Shown: positions 31,762 to 42,241, numbered from the stretch's first letter. The stretch: DNA of 64,000 nucleotides from Betaproteobacteria bacterium (GCA_016125475.1 WGLR01000012.1:11812-75811); one strand, 5' to 3'. The notes: generated from the letters alone by a model not told the origin. Program-made: numbers and translations.

Positions 31762-34700
31762 ATGATCACGGCGATCGTGCGTGCGGCGATACGTGCACCC
31801 GGGGTCGTCGTGGCGCTCGCGATCCTGCTCGTCGCGTACGGACTGTTCACGCTGGACCGCGCGCGCATGGACGTGTTTCCGGAGTTCTCGCCTGCGCAGG
31901 TGGTGATCCAGACGGAGGCCGCGGGTCTGTCCGCCGAACTCGTCGAGACGCTCGTGACGCAGCGGATCGAGAATGCGCTACAGGGCGTTTCCGGCGTCGA
32001 GTCCCTGCGTTCGCAGTCGATTCCGGGACTGTCGGTCGTCACGGTCCTGTTCGACGACGGTCCGGACATCTACCGCGACCGTCAGGTCGTGGCGGAACGG
32101 ATCGGCAGCCTGGCGGCGCGGATGCCCGCCGGCGTGAGCTCGCCCGCGATCACGCCGCTCACGTCCTACGCGAGCACGGTGCTCGGCATCGGACTCACGT
32201 CCGCCACGCGTTCGCTCGTGGATCTGCGCATGCTCGCGGACACGACCGTCCGGCCGCACCTGCTCTCCGTCGAAGGCGTGGCCGAGGTCAACGTGTTCGG
32301 CGGCCAGGTCCGCCAGTGGCAGGTCCGCGTCGATCCCGCGAAACTTCGGGAACACGACCTGTCCATGGCGGACGTCGTGTCGGCCGCTCGTGGCGCCACG
32401 GCGGTCCTGTCGGCCGGGTTCCTTCCGGGGCCCAACCAGCGCATCTCGATCGTGACGGACGGTCAGCCGCGTTCGCCGGACGAACTGGGCCGCGCGATCC
32501 TCCGCGTCCGCGGCACGGAGGTGTTGCGGCTGCGGGACGTCGGCGAGGTCGTCGAGGGTGCCGCGGAGCCGATCAGCGCGGCCGCGATCAACGGGACGGA
32601 AGGCGTATTCCTCATGGTGCAGGGCCAGCTCGGATCCAACACGCTCGCCGTGTCGCGCGGGCTCGAGCATGCACTCGCGGAACTGGGGCCGCTGTTCGAG
32701 CGCGAGAAGGTCACGCTGCACGCGAACCTGTTCCGTCCCGCGAACTTCATCGAGACCGCGGTGGGCAACGTGCGCCTCGACATCATCATCGGTTCCTGCC
32801 TCGTGATCGCGGTGCTCTTCCTGTTCCTGTTCAACGCCCGCACCGCGTTCATCTGCATGACCGCGATCCCCGTGTCGCTGCTGAGCGCAGTGCTGCTGCT
32901 GACGGGCATGGACCAGCCGCTGAACATCATGGTGCTCGGCGGCCTCGCCATTTCCCTCGGCGAAGTCGTCGACGACGCGATCATCGACACGGAGAACATC
33001 TTTCGGCGCCTGAGGGAGAACCGCGCGCTCGGCAACCCCCTGTCGGACGCGGAGGTCGCACTGCGCGCATCCGTCGAGGTCCGCGGCTCCGTCGTCTACG
33101 CGACCTTCATCGTCGCGCTCGTCTTCGTGCCGCTGCTCACGTTCGGCGGCATCGGCGGCAAGCTGTTCTCGCCGCTCGGCCTCGCCTACATCCTCGCGAT
33201 CCTTTCCTCGCTCGTCGTCGCAATGAGCCTCACCCCCGCGCTGTGCTTCCTGCTGCTTTCGCGCGGACCGCTCAAGGCCGACGATCCGCCGTTCGTGCGC
33301 CGGATCAAGCCCGGCTACATCGCGCTGCTGCGGCGGGTCGAGGCGCGGGCCGGAAGGGTTCTGGGTGCCTCGGCATTCGTGATACTCCTCGGACTGGCGA
33401 CGATTCCGCTGTTCTCGGGCGAGTTCGTGCCGTCGCTGAAGGAGGGGCACTACGTCATCCACATGACTGCCATCCCGGGCACGTCGGAGCGCGAAACACT
33501 GCGCATCGGCACCGAACTCACGCGCGCACTGCTCGAGGTCGACGGCATCAAGTCGGTGGCGCAGTGGGTTGGCAGGGCGCAGAACGGTGCGGACACCTTC
33601 GGCACGCATTACAGCGAGTTCGAGGTGGAGGTCGGGGCGCTGGAGGGGACCCGCCAGGCCCGCATTCTCCGGCAGATTCGCGACATTCTCGCGGGGAAGC
33701 GGGGCGCCTATCCCGGCGTGGCGTTCTCCGTGAACACGTTCCTCACGGAGCGCATCGAGGAGACGATCGCGGGCTTTCCCGCCGCACTGGCGATCAACCT
33801 GTTCGGCTCGGACCTCGATGCGCTCGACGAGGATGCGCGGGACGTCGCGGAGGTCGTGGGGTCGGTCGCGGGCGCACGCGACGTCCAGGTGCAGGCGCCG
33901 GCCGGGACACCCGAACTCACGGTCCGGCTGAAGCAGGACAGGCTGTTCGCGTACGGGTTCGACGTGCGGGAGGTGCTGCAGGCGATACAGACGGCGTACG
34001 AGGGTACCGTCGTGGGTCAGATCTATTCGGGCAACCACGCGCTGGACGTCACCGTCGTGCTGTCCCCGAGCGACAGGAAGGCGCCGGCCCAGGTACGGGC
34101 CCTGCCGCTGCGCTCCCGCAGCGGCGAGATGGTGCGCCTCGGGGACGTCGCCGACGTGTCGGTGACGGCGGGACGCTACAAGATCCTGCACAGCGGCGGG
34201 AAGCGGATCCAGAGCGTGACCGCCAACATCGAGAACCGCGACCTGGGCGACTTCTCGGCCGAGGTGAAGCGTGCGATCGCCCGTCGCGTTTCGCTGTCGC
34301 CCGGAAACTATCTCGTGTACGAAGGCGAGGCCGAGGCATCCAGGGAGGCGCGCCAGACGCTGATCTTCCATTCCGTGCTCGCGGGCTTCGGCGTCTTCGT
34401 GCTCCTGTACCTCGCCTTCAACAACGTCCGCAATCTCGGGCTCACGTTCCTGAACCTGCCCTTCGCGCTCGTGGGGGGCGTCGTCGCCGTTCTCTTCAAC
34501 GGGGGGTGGATGACGCTCGGCTCGCTCGTGGGGTTCGTCACGCTCTTCGGCATCACGCTGCGCAATTCCATCATGCTCGTGTCCCACTACCAGCACCTGG
34601 TCGAGGTCGACGGCGAGCCCTGGAACCTCGACACGATGCTGCGTGGCGCGGCGGAGCGTCTGCCCTCGATCCTCATGACCGCACTGGTGACCTCGCTCGG

Positions 34701-34869
34701 CCTGCTCCCGCTCGCGCTCGGCAGCGGTCAGCCGGGCAGGGAGATCGAGGGGCCCATGGCCACCATCATCGTGGGCGGGCTCGTCACGTCCACGGTGCTG
34801 AACCTGCTGATCCTGCCTGCCATCCTGCTGCGATTCGGTCGTTTCCGGATGCCGGGCGAGACGGTCTGA
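31762..34869 (+). CDS. RND efflux permease, CusA/CzcA (heavy-metal efflux)-like
   Basis: MDVFPEF..QV.IQTEA.G, GEVVDDAIIDTENIFRRL, GFVTLFGITLRNSIML, ERLPSILMT. Confidence 0.92.
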   Translation: MITAIVRAAIRAPGVVVALAILLVAYGLFTLDRARMDVFPEFSPAQVVIQTEAAGLSAELVETLVTQRIENALQGVSGVESLRSQSIPGLSVVTVLFDDGPDIYRDRQVVAERIGSLAARMPAGVSSPAITPLTSYASTVLGIGLTSATRSLVDLRMLADTTVRPHLLSVEGVAEVNVFGGQVRQWQVRVDPAKLREHDLSMADVVSAARGATAVLSAGFLPGPNQRISIVTDGQPRSPDELGRAILRVRGTEVLRLRDVGEVVEGAAEPISAAAINGTEGVFLMVQGQLGSNTLAVSRGLEHALAELGPLFEREKVTLHANLFRPANFIETAVGNVRLDIIIGSCLVIAVLFLFLFNARTAFICMTAIPVSLLSAVLLLTGMDQPLNIMVLGGLAISLGEVVDDAIIDTENIFRRLRENRALGNPLSDAEVALRASVEVRGSVVYATFIVALVFVPLLTFGGIGGKLFSPLGLAYILAILSSLVVAMSLTPALCFLLLSRGPLKADDPPFVRRIKPGYIALLRRVEARAGRVLGASAFVILLGLATIPLFSGEFVPSLKEGHYVIHMTAIPGTSERETLRIGTELTRALLEVDGIKSVAQWVGRAQNGADTFGTHYSEFEVEVGALEGTRQARILRQIRDILAGKRGAYPGVAFSVNTFLTERIEETIAGFPAALAINLFGSDLDALDEDARDVAEVVGSVAGARDVQVQAPAGTPELTVRLKQDRLFAYGFDVREVLQAIQTAYEGTVVGQIYSGNHALDVTVVLSPSDRKAPAQVRALPLRSRSGEMVRLGDVADVSVTAGRYKILHSGGKRIQSVTANIENRDLGDFSAEVKRAIARRVSLSPGNYLVYEGEAEASREARQTLIFHSVLAGFGVFVLLYLAFNNVRNLGLTFLNLPFALVGGVVAVLFNGGWMTLGSLVGFVTLFGITLRNSIMLVSHYQHLVEVDGEPWNLDTMLRGAAERLPSILMTALVTSLGLLPLALGSGQPGREIEGPMATIIVGGLVTSTVLNLLILPAILLRFGRFRMPGETV

Positions 34870-34925
34870 CGTCCGGTCGGAACGACACGCGCCCCGGGGG
34901 GCGCTGCCGCCCCCCGGCGTCGCGA

Positions 34926-35453
34926 TCAGCGGATCACGCCGCAGGCCACACGAGCCCCGCCACCCCCGAGACTGGCCGGATGGTCGGAGTGGTTGTCGCC
35001 ACCCGCGTGCACCATGAGCGAGTGACCTGCCAGGTCGGCCACGCTCAGTCGGGGCGCGAGCACGGGGTGCGTCGCCACGCCGTCCGCGGTCACGAAGAGT
35101 GCCGGGAGATCGCCCAGGTGGCCCGAGCCCCAGGGCCCCGCGTGCACCCCGGTCTCCGCGGGATCGAAGTGCCCGCCCGCCGCCAGGGCGGGCACGGCCT
35201 TGCCGTTGCGTTCGCCTGGTGCGCAGTCGGGATTCGTGTGGAGGTGGAACCCGTGAATGCCCGGCGCGAGGCCGGACAGATCGGGCGTGAACACCACGCC
35301 GTAAGCGGTGTCGACAGCCGTGATCGTGCCGATCGGGGCGCCGATGCCGTCCGGTTCCGCGCGGTGCATCGTCACGGTGAGTTCGTTCGCGGCAGCGAAC
35401 GCGGGCAGGGCTGAAATGGTGGCCACGCACAGCCCCTTTTTCAGATGTTTCAT
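34926..35453 (-). CDS. sodC: Periplasmic Cu/Zn superoxide dismutase
   Basis: Signal peptide; [41 protein letters not shown]. Confidence 0.95.
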   Translation of the reverse strand: MKHLKKGLCVATISALPAFAAANELTVTMHRAEPDGIGAPIGTITAVDTAYGVVFTPDLSGLAPGIHGFHLHTNPDCAPGERNGKAVPALAAGGHFDPAETGVHAGPWGSGHLGDLPALFVTADGVATHPVLAPRLSVADLAGHSLMVHAGGDNHSDHPASLGGGGARVACGVIR

Positions 35454-35600
35454 GTCGGTCATCTCCCGGAAAGCCGTTGTTGAACGTGATCGCTCGATGT
35501 GGAACGATAATGCGTAGAGCGCCTCTTTCGGCAAAACGTTCCGAGGCAGGGGTCCGCAGTCCCGAACCGGGCCGTCATTCACCACCAGAAGGAGGTCGCC

Positions 35601-35984
35601 GTGGCGACACAGGAACTGACTCAGGAAAACTTCGAATCGGTGATCGAAGGCAACGACATCGTGATCATCGACTTCTGGGCGCCGTGGTGCGGTCCGTGCC
35701 GCGGTTTCGCGCCGGTGTTCGAGCAGACGTCCGACAAGCACGCGGACATCGTCTTCGCCAAGGTCAACACGGAAGAGCAGCCCGGGCTTGCGCAGGCGTT
35801 CGGAATCCGCGCGATTCCCACGCTGATGGTGTTCCGCGAGAAGGTGATCCTGTTCTCCAATCCGGGTGCGATGCCCGCCGGGCAGTTCGACACGTTCGTC
35901 GAGCAGGTCAAGTCGGTGGACATGACCAAGGTCCACGCGGAGATCGCCGCGCGGGAATCGGCCGAGTCGTCGGCCGGGAACTGA
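35601..35984 (+). CDS. trxA: Thioredoxin
   Basis: [18 protein letters not shown] cis-Pro loop; RBS AAGGAGG before GTG. Confidence 0.93.
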   Translation: MATQELTQENFESVIEGNDIVIIDFWAPWCGPCRGFAPVFEQTSDKHADIVFAKVNTEEQPGLAQAFGIRAIPTLMVFREKVILFSNPGAMPAGQFDTFVEQVKSVDMTKVHAEIAARESAESSAGN

Positions 35985-35996
35985 AATCGCCGTCGC

Positions 35997-36419
35997 ATGG
36001 ACGTCGTCACGCAGCGCGCGCACCTCGACCGGCTCGTCGCGAGCGGCAGGCTCGTCGTGATCGACGTCGCGGTTCCCGACGATCCTCGGTCGGCTGCGTT
36101 CTCGGCGGTCGTGGACGCGCTCGAAGCGGAATTTCCCGCCGCGGTGTTCGCCCGGCTCGACGCGGTCGCTGCGGGAGACGTGGCGGACCTTTTCGGATTG
36201 CGGAACGAACCGGGCCTCATCGTGTTCCGGGCCGGCGTCGGCCTCTATGCGGGCCCGGCTCCTGGCGGGACGACGGAACTCGCTCGCCTGCTCGAGCGCG
36301 CCGGCGCGCTCGACATGGATGCCGTCCGGCGCGAGATGGATCGGGAGCGTACCGGGATGCCCCTCGAGGCACAGGTTCGGGCCTGCCCCATGTCGCGCCG
36401 CGGAATTCCCCCGACCTGA
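35997..36419 (+). CDS. Thioredoxin-fold paralog lacking CXXC, single Cys in C-terminal tail
   Basis: Colinear with upstream Trx ([66 protein letters not shown]); WCGPC replaced by DDPRS. Confidence 0.75.
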   Translation: MDVVTQRAHLDRLVASGRLVVIDVAVPDDPRSAAFSAVVDALEAEFPAAVFARLDAVAAGDVADLFGLRNEPGLIVFRAGVGLYAGPAPGGTTELARLLERAGALDMDAVRREMDRERTGMPLEAQVRACPMSRRGIPPT

Positions 36420-36696
36420 TGCACACCGGAAATCCCGGGCGTCACCGGTCTGTCGGCATGGTGCCCGATCGCCGCCGTTGACCGCGTCCCGCGGGACACG
36501 CCGAATCTTCCACAAACGCGTGACTCTGCGAGAGTTTAGACAGTATGATATGCAGTTCTAAATGACCCATTGGTCAGCTAGATCATGGTCGCCGCGGGGG
36601 CCCGCGTCGGCCAGACGAGAACTTGGGGGGAAGAGCGGTCGCTCGACCGCCGTTCACAGTAGTAGTCAAATCTGAGGTTTTTCGAGGTTGGTGCCC

Positions 36697-37863
36697 ATGA
36701 CTCTCCGAACTCTTCTTGTCCTGACCGTCGCGGCGAGCGCCATCCTGACGGGCTGCGGAACGGACTCCGACGGGCAGACGCCCGCCAACGCGCCGAAAAA
36801 GTCGGCCGAGGGCAAGACCAGCCCGAGCGCGCCTCAGGCCGCATCAAAGCCCCATGGCCTGCCGGTACGTGCCGTTCAGGTCACGACGGGATCGATCTCG
36901 ACCCGCATCATGGCGGTGGGCTCGCTCGTTGCAGAGGAATCCGTCGTGATTCGCCCGGAGATCGCGGGGCGTGTCGTGGATCTGCCGTTCAAGGAAGGCC
37001 AGGCGGTCAGGAAGGGTACGCGCCTCGTCCTCATCGATCCGTCGGAACTCAAGGCGAACCTCGCCTCGTCGTCCGCCAAGGCGCGTACCGAAGCGCAGAA
37101 GTTCCAGCGCACGAAGGAACTGCGCGAGCAGAACTTCATCAGCCAGGACGCCCTGGACACCGCACGCGGTGCGATGGAAAGCGCGCAGGCGCAGCAGCGG
37201 CGCGACGAGGTGATGCTCGAGAAGGCCTCGATCGTCGCTCCCTTCAGCGGGATACTCGGCCTGCGGTACATCAGCCCGGGTGCGTACGTGAAGGAAGGCG
37301 ATGACATCATCACGCTCGACGACATCGCGGAACTGAAACTCGACTTCCGGGTTCCCGAGATCTACGTGTCGAGACTTCGCGTCGGGCAGAAGGTTTCCGT
37401 CGTCGTGGACGCTTATGGAGAGCAGCCGTTCTCCGGCAAGATTTCCGCGCTCGATCCTTCCGTCGATCCGAAGACGCGCACGATCCAGGCTCGCGCGAAG
37501 GTTCCCAACGGCGACATGAAATTGCGGCCCGGCATGTTCGCACGCGTGTACGTCGATCTGGACACGCGCAACAATGCGCTGCTGCTGCCCGAGCAGGCCA
37601 TCTGGCCGCAGGGGAAGGACACGTTCGTCTACAAGGTCGTCGACGGCAAGGCCGTGCTCACGAAGGTCGTGCTCGGCGAGCGCCGTCCGGGGGAGGTCGA
37701 GATTCTCGATGGGCTCACGGCCAACGACGTGGTGGTCACGGACGGACAGATCAAGCTGAAGCCCGGCGCTCCCGTCACGGTGTTGCCGGGCACCCCGGCG
37801 CCCGCGGGCCCCGGTGGCGCGAAGACGTCCGCCGCGCGCTCCGCGCACGAAGCGAACACCTAG
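36697..37863 (+). CDS. RND efflux membrane fusion protein, lipoprotein
   Basis: Lipobox LTGC; IRPEIAGRV, IVAPFSG lipoyl halves, LRPGMFARV. Confidence 0.92.
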   Translation: MTLRTLLVLTVAASAILTGCGTDSDGQTPANAPKKSAEGKTSPSAPQAASKPHGLPVRAVQVTTGSISTRIMAVGSLVAEESVVIRPEIAGRVVDLPFKEGQAVRKGTRLVLIDPSELKANLASSSAKARTEAQKFQRTKELREQNFISQDALDTARGAMESAQAQQRRDEVMLEKASIVAPFSGILGLRYISPGAYVKEGDDIITLDDIAELKLDFRVPEIYVSRLRVGQKVSVVVDAYGEQPFSGKISALDPSVDPKTRTIQARAKVPNGDMKLRPGMFARVYVDLDTRNNALLLPEQAIWPQGKDTFVYKVVDGKAVLTKVVLGERRPGEVEILDGLTANDVVVTDGQIKLKPGAPVTVLPGTPAPAGPGGAKTSAARSAHEANT

Positions 37864-37928
37864 CCTCCCGCGGCCGGCCAGCCGTCCGTAATACCGTTTC
37901 CGTCACCGTTTTACTTCAGGGGTAATCA

Positions 37929-40900
37929 ATGGTCCTGTCCGAGATTTCGATCAAGCGGCCCGTGCTCGCGACCGTGATGAGCCTGATGATCGTCCTGATC
38001 GGCTATCTGTCGTACACGCGGATGGCCGTCCGGGAGTATCCGAACATCGATCCGCCCGTCGTCTCCGTTCGCACGGTGTACAAGGGGGCGACCGCACAGG
38101 TGATGGAAAGCGCCATCACCCAGCCGCTCGAGGATTCTCTTTCCGGCATCGAGGGCATCAAGACCATCAAGTCGCAGAGCCGGGAGGAGGTCAGCCAGAT
38201 CACCATCACGTTCGTCACCGGGCGCGACATCGATGGTGCCGCCAACGACGTGCGTGACCGCGTGTCGCGGGTCCGCCGCAATCTGCCAGCCTCGGCGGAC
38301 GATCCCGTCGTGTCCAAGATCGAGGCCGACGCGCAGCCGATCGTCTGGGTGGCTCTGCTGAGCGACCGGTTCACGCCGATGGAGCTCACCGATTACGCCG
38401 ACCGTTATCTGACGGATCCGATGAAGGCACTGCCGGGTGTGGCTTCCGTCATCATCGGCGGCGAGCGGAAGTACTCCATGCGTGTCTGGCTCGATCGGGA
38501 CAAGCTCGCCGCCCAGGGCATGACCGCCCAGGACGTCGAGGACGCACTGAGGCGCCAGAATCTCGACTCACCCGGTGGACGCATCGAGAGCACCGATCGT
38601 GAATTCACGGTGCAGACCCAGACGGATCTGCGCTCGCCCGAGGAATTCAACAACATGATCATCCGCGAGGTGAACGGGTATCCGGTCCGCCTCAGCGATG
38701 TCGGCCATGCGGCCCCCGGCCCGTACGAGAACCGCAAGATCGTGCGCGTGAGCGGTCAGGAGGCGCTCGGGCTTGGTGTCGTCAAGCAGTCCACCGCGAA
38801 CACGCTGGAGGTGGCCCGTGCAGTCAAGGCCCTGCTTCCGAAGCTTCGCACCAGCCTGCCCGAAGGGATGAAGATGTGGGTGGCGGTGGACACGTCGGTG
38901 TTCATCGAGGAATCGATCCACGCCGTGTTCAAGACGATCTTCGAGGCGCTGGTGCTCGTCGTCGCGGTCATCTTCGTGTTCCTCCGGAGCGTGCGTGCGA
39001 CGCTGATTCCGGCGATCGCCATTCCGGTGTCCATCATCGGCCACTTCACCTTCCTGAAGGCACTCGACTTCTCGATCAACACGCTCACGCTGCTCGGCAT
39101 CGTGCTGTCGATCGGTCTCGTCGTGGACGACGCGATCGTGGTTCTCGAGAACATCCACCGACACATCGAACGGGGGATGAAGCCCTTCAAGGCGGCGCTC
39201 ACGGGCTCGAAGGAGATCGGTTTCGCGGTCGTCGCGATGACGATCACGCTCGCCGCGGTGTTCACGCCGTTGTCGTTCATGACCGGCAACACCGGCAAGC
39301 TCTTCACGGAATTCGCACTGACCGTCGCGACCGCCGTGATCGTGTCGGGCTTCGTCGCGCTCACGCTGACCCCGATGATGTGCTCGAAGCTGTTCAAGAC
39401 CGGTGACGAAACCTGGATCTATCGCAAGACGGAACCTTTCTTCCAGGGCATGACCAACGGCTACCGCGCCATTCTCGGCTGGACGCTGCGGCACCGTCTG
39501 GTCATCGGTGTCGTTTTCATCGCCACCCTCGTCGCGATGGGCTGGCTGTTCAAGCAGCTCAAGTCCGAACTGTCGCCGGTCGAGGATCGCGGGCTCTTCC
39601 TGGCGTTCGTCGTGACGCCGGAGGGATCCACGATGCAGTACACGGACAGCTACATGCACATCGTGGAAGGGCTCGTGAAGAAGGAGGTGCCCGAGGTCCA
39701 CACGATGTTCGCGGTGGTCGCTCCCGGCCTCGACCGTCCGAATCCGGTGAACCTGGGCATCGCGTTCGCGGTGCTGAAGCCGTGGTCGGAGCGGCATCGC
39801 ACGCAGATGGAAATCACGAAAGCCCTCACGCCGAAGCTCTTCGGCGCGCTGCCGGGTGCGCTGTCGTTCGCGCTCAATCCGCCGTCGCTGGGGCAGGGCT
39901 TCCTCGCGAAGCAGATCGAGTACGTGATCTACGGGAGCACGTACGAGGAACTGCAGTCGTACGTCGACAAGATGATGGCGAAGCTCAGGGACTACAAGGG
40001 CATCACGGGTCTCGACACCGACCTCAAGCTGAACAAGCCGCAGCTGGCCGTCAAGATCGACCGCGAGAAGGCAGCATCGCTCGGTGTCTCGATGGAGACG
40101 ATCGGTCACACGCTCGAGATCCTCCTGGGTGGTTTCGACGTGACGCGCTACAAGCACGAAGGCAAGCAGTACGACGTGGTGGTGCAGATGGAAGACGATC
40201 GCCGGCGACAGCCCGACGATCTCACTTCGATATACGTGAGGAGCAACAGCGGCGATCTCGTCCAGCTGTCCAATCTGGTGACGCTGAAGGAAACGGTGAC
40301 GCCGAAGGAGCTGAACCACTTCAACAAGCTGCGCGCGGCCGTGATCAACGGCAACGTGGCGGCCGGGTACTCGCAGGGACAGGTTCTGGACTACATGGAT
40401 CACCTCGTGAAGACCGAACTCCCCGAAGGCACCAAGACGGACCTGGACGGTGTCTCGCGGGAATTCCGGGAGTCCGGCTCGCAGCTCTTCCTCACGATGA
40501 TTCTCGCGCTCGTGTTCATCTACCTCGTGCTGTCCGCACAGTTCGAGAGCTTCGTGGGCCCGCTCGTGATCATGTTCACCGTGCCACTCGCCTGGACCGG
40601 TGCGCTGCTCGCGATGTGGCTGAACTCGATCGAGGGTAATGGCGGCACGCTGAACGTGTACAGTCGGATCGGTCTCGTGATGATGGTCGGCCTGATCACG
40701 AAGCACGGCATCCTGATCGTCGAGTTCGCGAACCAGCTCCGCGAGAAGGGCTACGGTCTCGTGGACGCCGTCAAGGAATCGGCGACGCTGCGCCTGCGCC
40801 CGATCCTCATGACCACCGCGGCGATGGTGCTGGGTGCGCTCCCGCTCGCACGTGCGACGGGGGCCGGTGCCGAGTCCCGCCAGGCGATCGGATGGGTGAT

Positions 40901-41096
40901 CGTCGGCGGCCTGCTCGTCGGAACCCTGCTGACCCTGTTCGTGATTCCGACGACCTACACCGTCGTCCTCGGCCTCAACGAGTGGCTGCGTCGCGTGCTC
41001 CGGATCAAGCCGGCCGATCGTGACGAGTCGGATCATCACGGGGCGCCGCACGGCGAGAGCCCCGACACGATCGCGCTCAAGCAGGAAATGCCCTGA
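37929..41096 (+). CDS. RND efflux permease (AcrB/MexI/MexW-like)
   Basis: ISIKRPVLATV, VREYPNID, GLVVDDAIVVLENI, GLITKHGILIVEFAN, RLRPILMT. Confidence 0.95.
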   Translation: MVLSEISIKRPVLATVMSLMIVLIGYLSYTRMAVREYPNIDPPVVSVRTVYKGATAQVMESAITQPLEDSLSGIEGIKTIKSQSREEVSQITITFVTGRDIDGAANDVRDRVSRVRRNLPASADDPVVSKIEADAQPIVWVALLSDRFTPMELTDYADRYLTDPMKALPGVASVIIGGERKYSMRVWLDRDKLAAQGMTAQDVEDALRRQNLDSPGGRIESTDREFTVQTQTDLRSPEEFNNMIIREVNGYPVRLSDVGHAAPGPYENRKIVRVSGQEALGLGVVKQSTANTLEVARAVKALLPKLRTSLPEGMKMWVAVDTSVFIEESIHAVFKTIFEALVLVVAVIFVFLRSVRATLIPAIAIPVSIIGHFTFLKALDFSINTLTLLGIVLSIGLVVDDAIVVLENIHRHIERGMKPFKAALTGSKEIGFAVVAMTITLAAVFTPLSFMTGNTGKLFTEFALTVATAVIVSGFVALTLTPMMCSKLFKTGDETWIYRKTEPFFQGMTNGYRAILGWTLRHRLVIGVVFIATLVAMGWLFKQLKSELSPVEDRGLFLAFVVTPEGSTMQYTDSYMHIVEGLVKKEVPEVHTMFAVVAPGLDRPNPVNLGIAFAVLKPWSERHRTQMEITKALTPKLFGALPGALSFALNPPSLGQGFLAKQIEYVIYGSTYEELQSYVDKMMAKLRDYKGITGLDTDLKLNKPQLAVKIDREKAASLGVSMETIGHTLEILLGGFDVTRYKHEGKQYDVVVQMEDDRRRQPDDLTSIYVRSNSGDLVQLSNLVTLKETVTPKELNHFNKLRAAVINGNVAAGYSQGQVLDYMDHLVKTELPEGTKTDLDGVSREFRESGSQLFLTMILALVFIYLVLSAQFESFVGPLVIMFTVPLAWTGALLAMWLNSIEGNGGTLNVYSRIGLVMMVGLITKHGILIVEFANQLREKGYGLVDAVKESATLRLRPILMTTAAMVLGALPLARATGAGAESRQAIGWVIVGGLLVGTLLTLFVIPTTYTVVLGLNEWLRRVLRIKPADRDESDHHGAPHGESPDTIALKQEMP

Positions 41097-41264
41097 GCGG
41101 AAGGGACCGCCTTCGGTGCTGTCGCCGACGGTCCTGCACTGCGCCACCGGGGGGCGAACTTCCGCCCGGTGGTCCGGGCACCTCCCGGACACAGATGCTG
41201 CGTCGCAGTGGGGTGTTCCCGAGCCGGTCGCGGCGCACCCGCACGGTTCGTGTCACGTCCTGCC

Positions 41265-41804
41265 GTGAGCAGCCAGGGCCCGAAAGCCGGATCCGGCGAG
41301 GTGTCGTGGCGTCTGGCGACGCGGGCCGACCTTCCGGAAATCGTCGAGATCTACAACGAAACCATCCCGCTGCGTACGGTGACCGCGGACGTCGAACCCG
41401 TCACCGTCCGGAGCCGCGAGGCGTGGTTTCGTCTGCATGAGCCCGGCTCGCGCCCGCTCTGGGTGACGGAGTCCGGCGGACGGGTGTCGGCCTGGCTCAG
41501 CTTTTCGTCCTTCTACGGTCGTCCGGCCTACGACGGCACCGCCGAGATCAGCATCTACGTCGGCCGGTCGCATCAGCGCTGGGGTATCGGATCGTTCCTG
41601 GTCCGGGAAGCCATCCGCGAGGCCCCGGATCTCGGGCTCCACACGCTCCTCGGATTCGTGTTTGCAGACAACCGCCCCAGTCTCGCGACGTTCGGATCCT
41701 GCGGGTTCGAGGGCTGGGGGCGCCTGCCGGGGGTGGCAAGGATCGACGGCGTCGCGAAGGATCTGGTGATTCTCGGGCTGAAACTGGCGGCTGGCCGATC
41801 CTGA
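41265..41804 (+). CDS. GNAT N-acetyltransferase (YncA / phosphinothricin acetyltransferase-like)
   Basis: DLPEIVEIYN, FYGRPAYDGTAEISIYV, QRWGIG, N.PS; start uncertain. Confidence 0.85.
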   Translation: MSSQGPKAGSGEVSWRLATRADLPEIVEIYNETIPLRTVTADVEPVTVRSREAWFRLHEPGSRPLWVTESGGRVSAWLSFSSFYGRPAYDGTAEISIYVGRSHQRWGIGSFLVREAIREAPDLGLHTLLGFVFADNRPSLATFGSCGFEGWGRLPGVARIDGVAKDLVILGLKLAAGRS

Positions 41805-41986
41805 CGGGCGGATGACGATCCCGGCAATCGGTTCGCTGGCGTCCTAACTTGCGGGCGCGCGGACGAGAGGACGGAAGCAGGGCGGGGAGAGCGGGCATCC
41901 TCGGGCGAGGGTTGCCGCGTGGGCGACGACCGGTCACCGGAGGGGCACACGGCGGCACCGCGAGTGGCACCCCGTGCAGAAACGAG

Positions 41987-42010
41987 AAAAGCCCGGCGAA
42001 CCGGGCTTTT
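41987..42010. terminator. Bidirectional intrinsic terminator
   Basis: AAAAGCCCGG-CGAA-CCGGGCTTTT between the convergent GNAT and csp genes. Confidence 0.85.
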
Positions 42011-42034
42011 CCTTGCCGTACCGACGAGTAGTGA

Positions 42035-42241
42035 TTACTCGATCGGACGAATGTTGGCGGCCTGCTTGCCTTTGGGGCCAGTCGTGACGTCGAAGGACAC
42101 TTTCTGGTTTTCCTTCAGCGTCTTGAAGCCCTGCGCCTGGATGGCGGAGAAGTGGGCGAATACGTCCTCGCCACCGCCGTCCGGGGAAATGAAGCCGAAG
42201 CCTTTGGAATCATTGAACCACTTTACGGTGCCAGTTGCCAT
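42035..42241 (-). CDS. Cold-shock protein (CspA family)
   Basis: [16 protein letters not shown] (RNP1), VFAHFSAI (RNP2), [10 protein letters not shown]. Confidence 0.97.
   Translation of the reverse strand: MATGTVKWFNDSKGFGFISPDGGGEDVFAHFSAIQAQGFKTLKENQKVSFDVTTGPKGKQAANIRPIE

Noticed and set aside
31978-35430. Very long antisense or alternative-frame ORFs (for example 1150 aa here, 939 aa at 28912-31731, 874 aa at 38568-41192 and 14904-17528)
   Set aside because: They shadow well-supported genes, are Arg/Ala/Gly-rich with no motifs, and are expected from stop-codon scarcity at high GC
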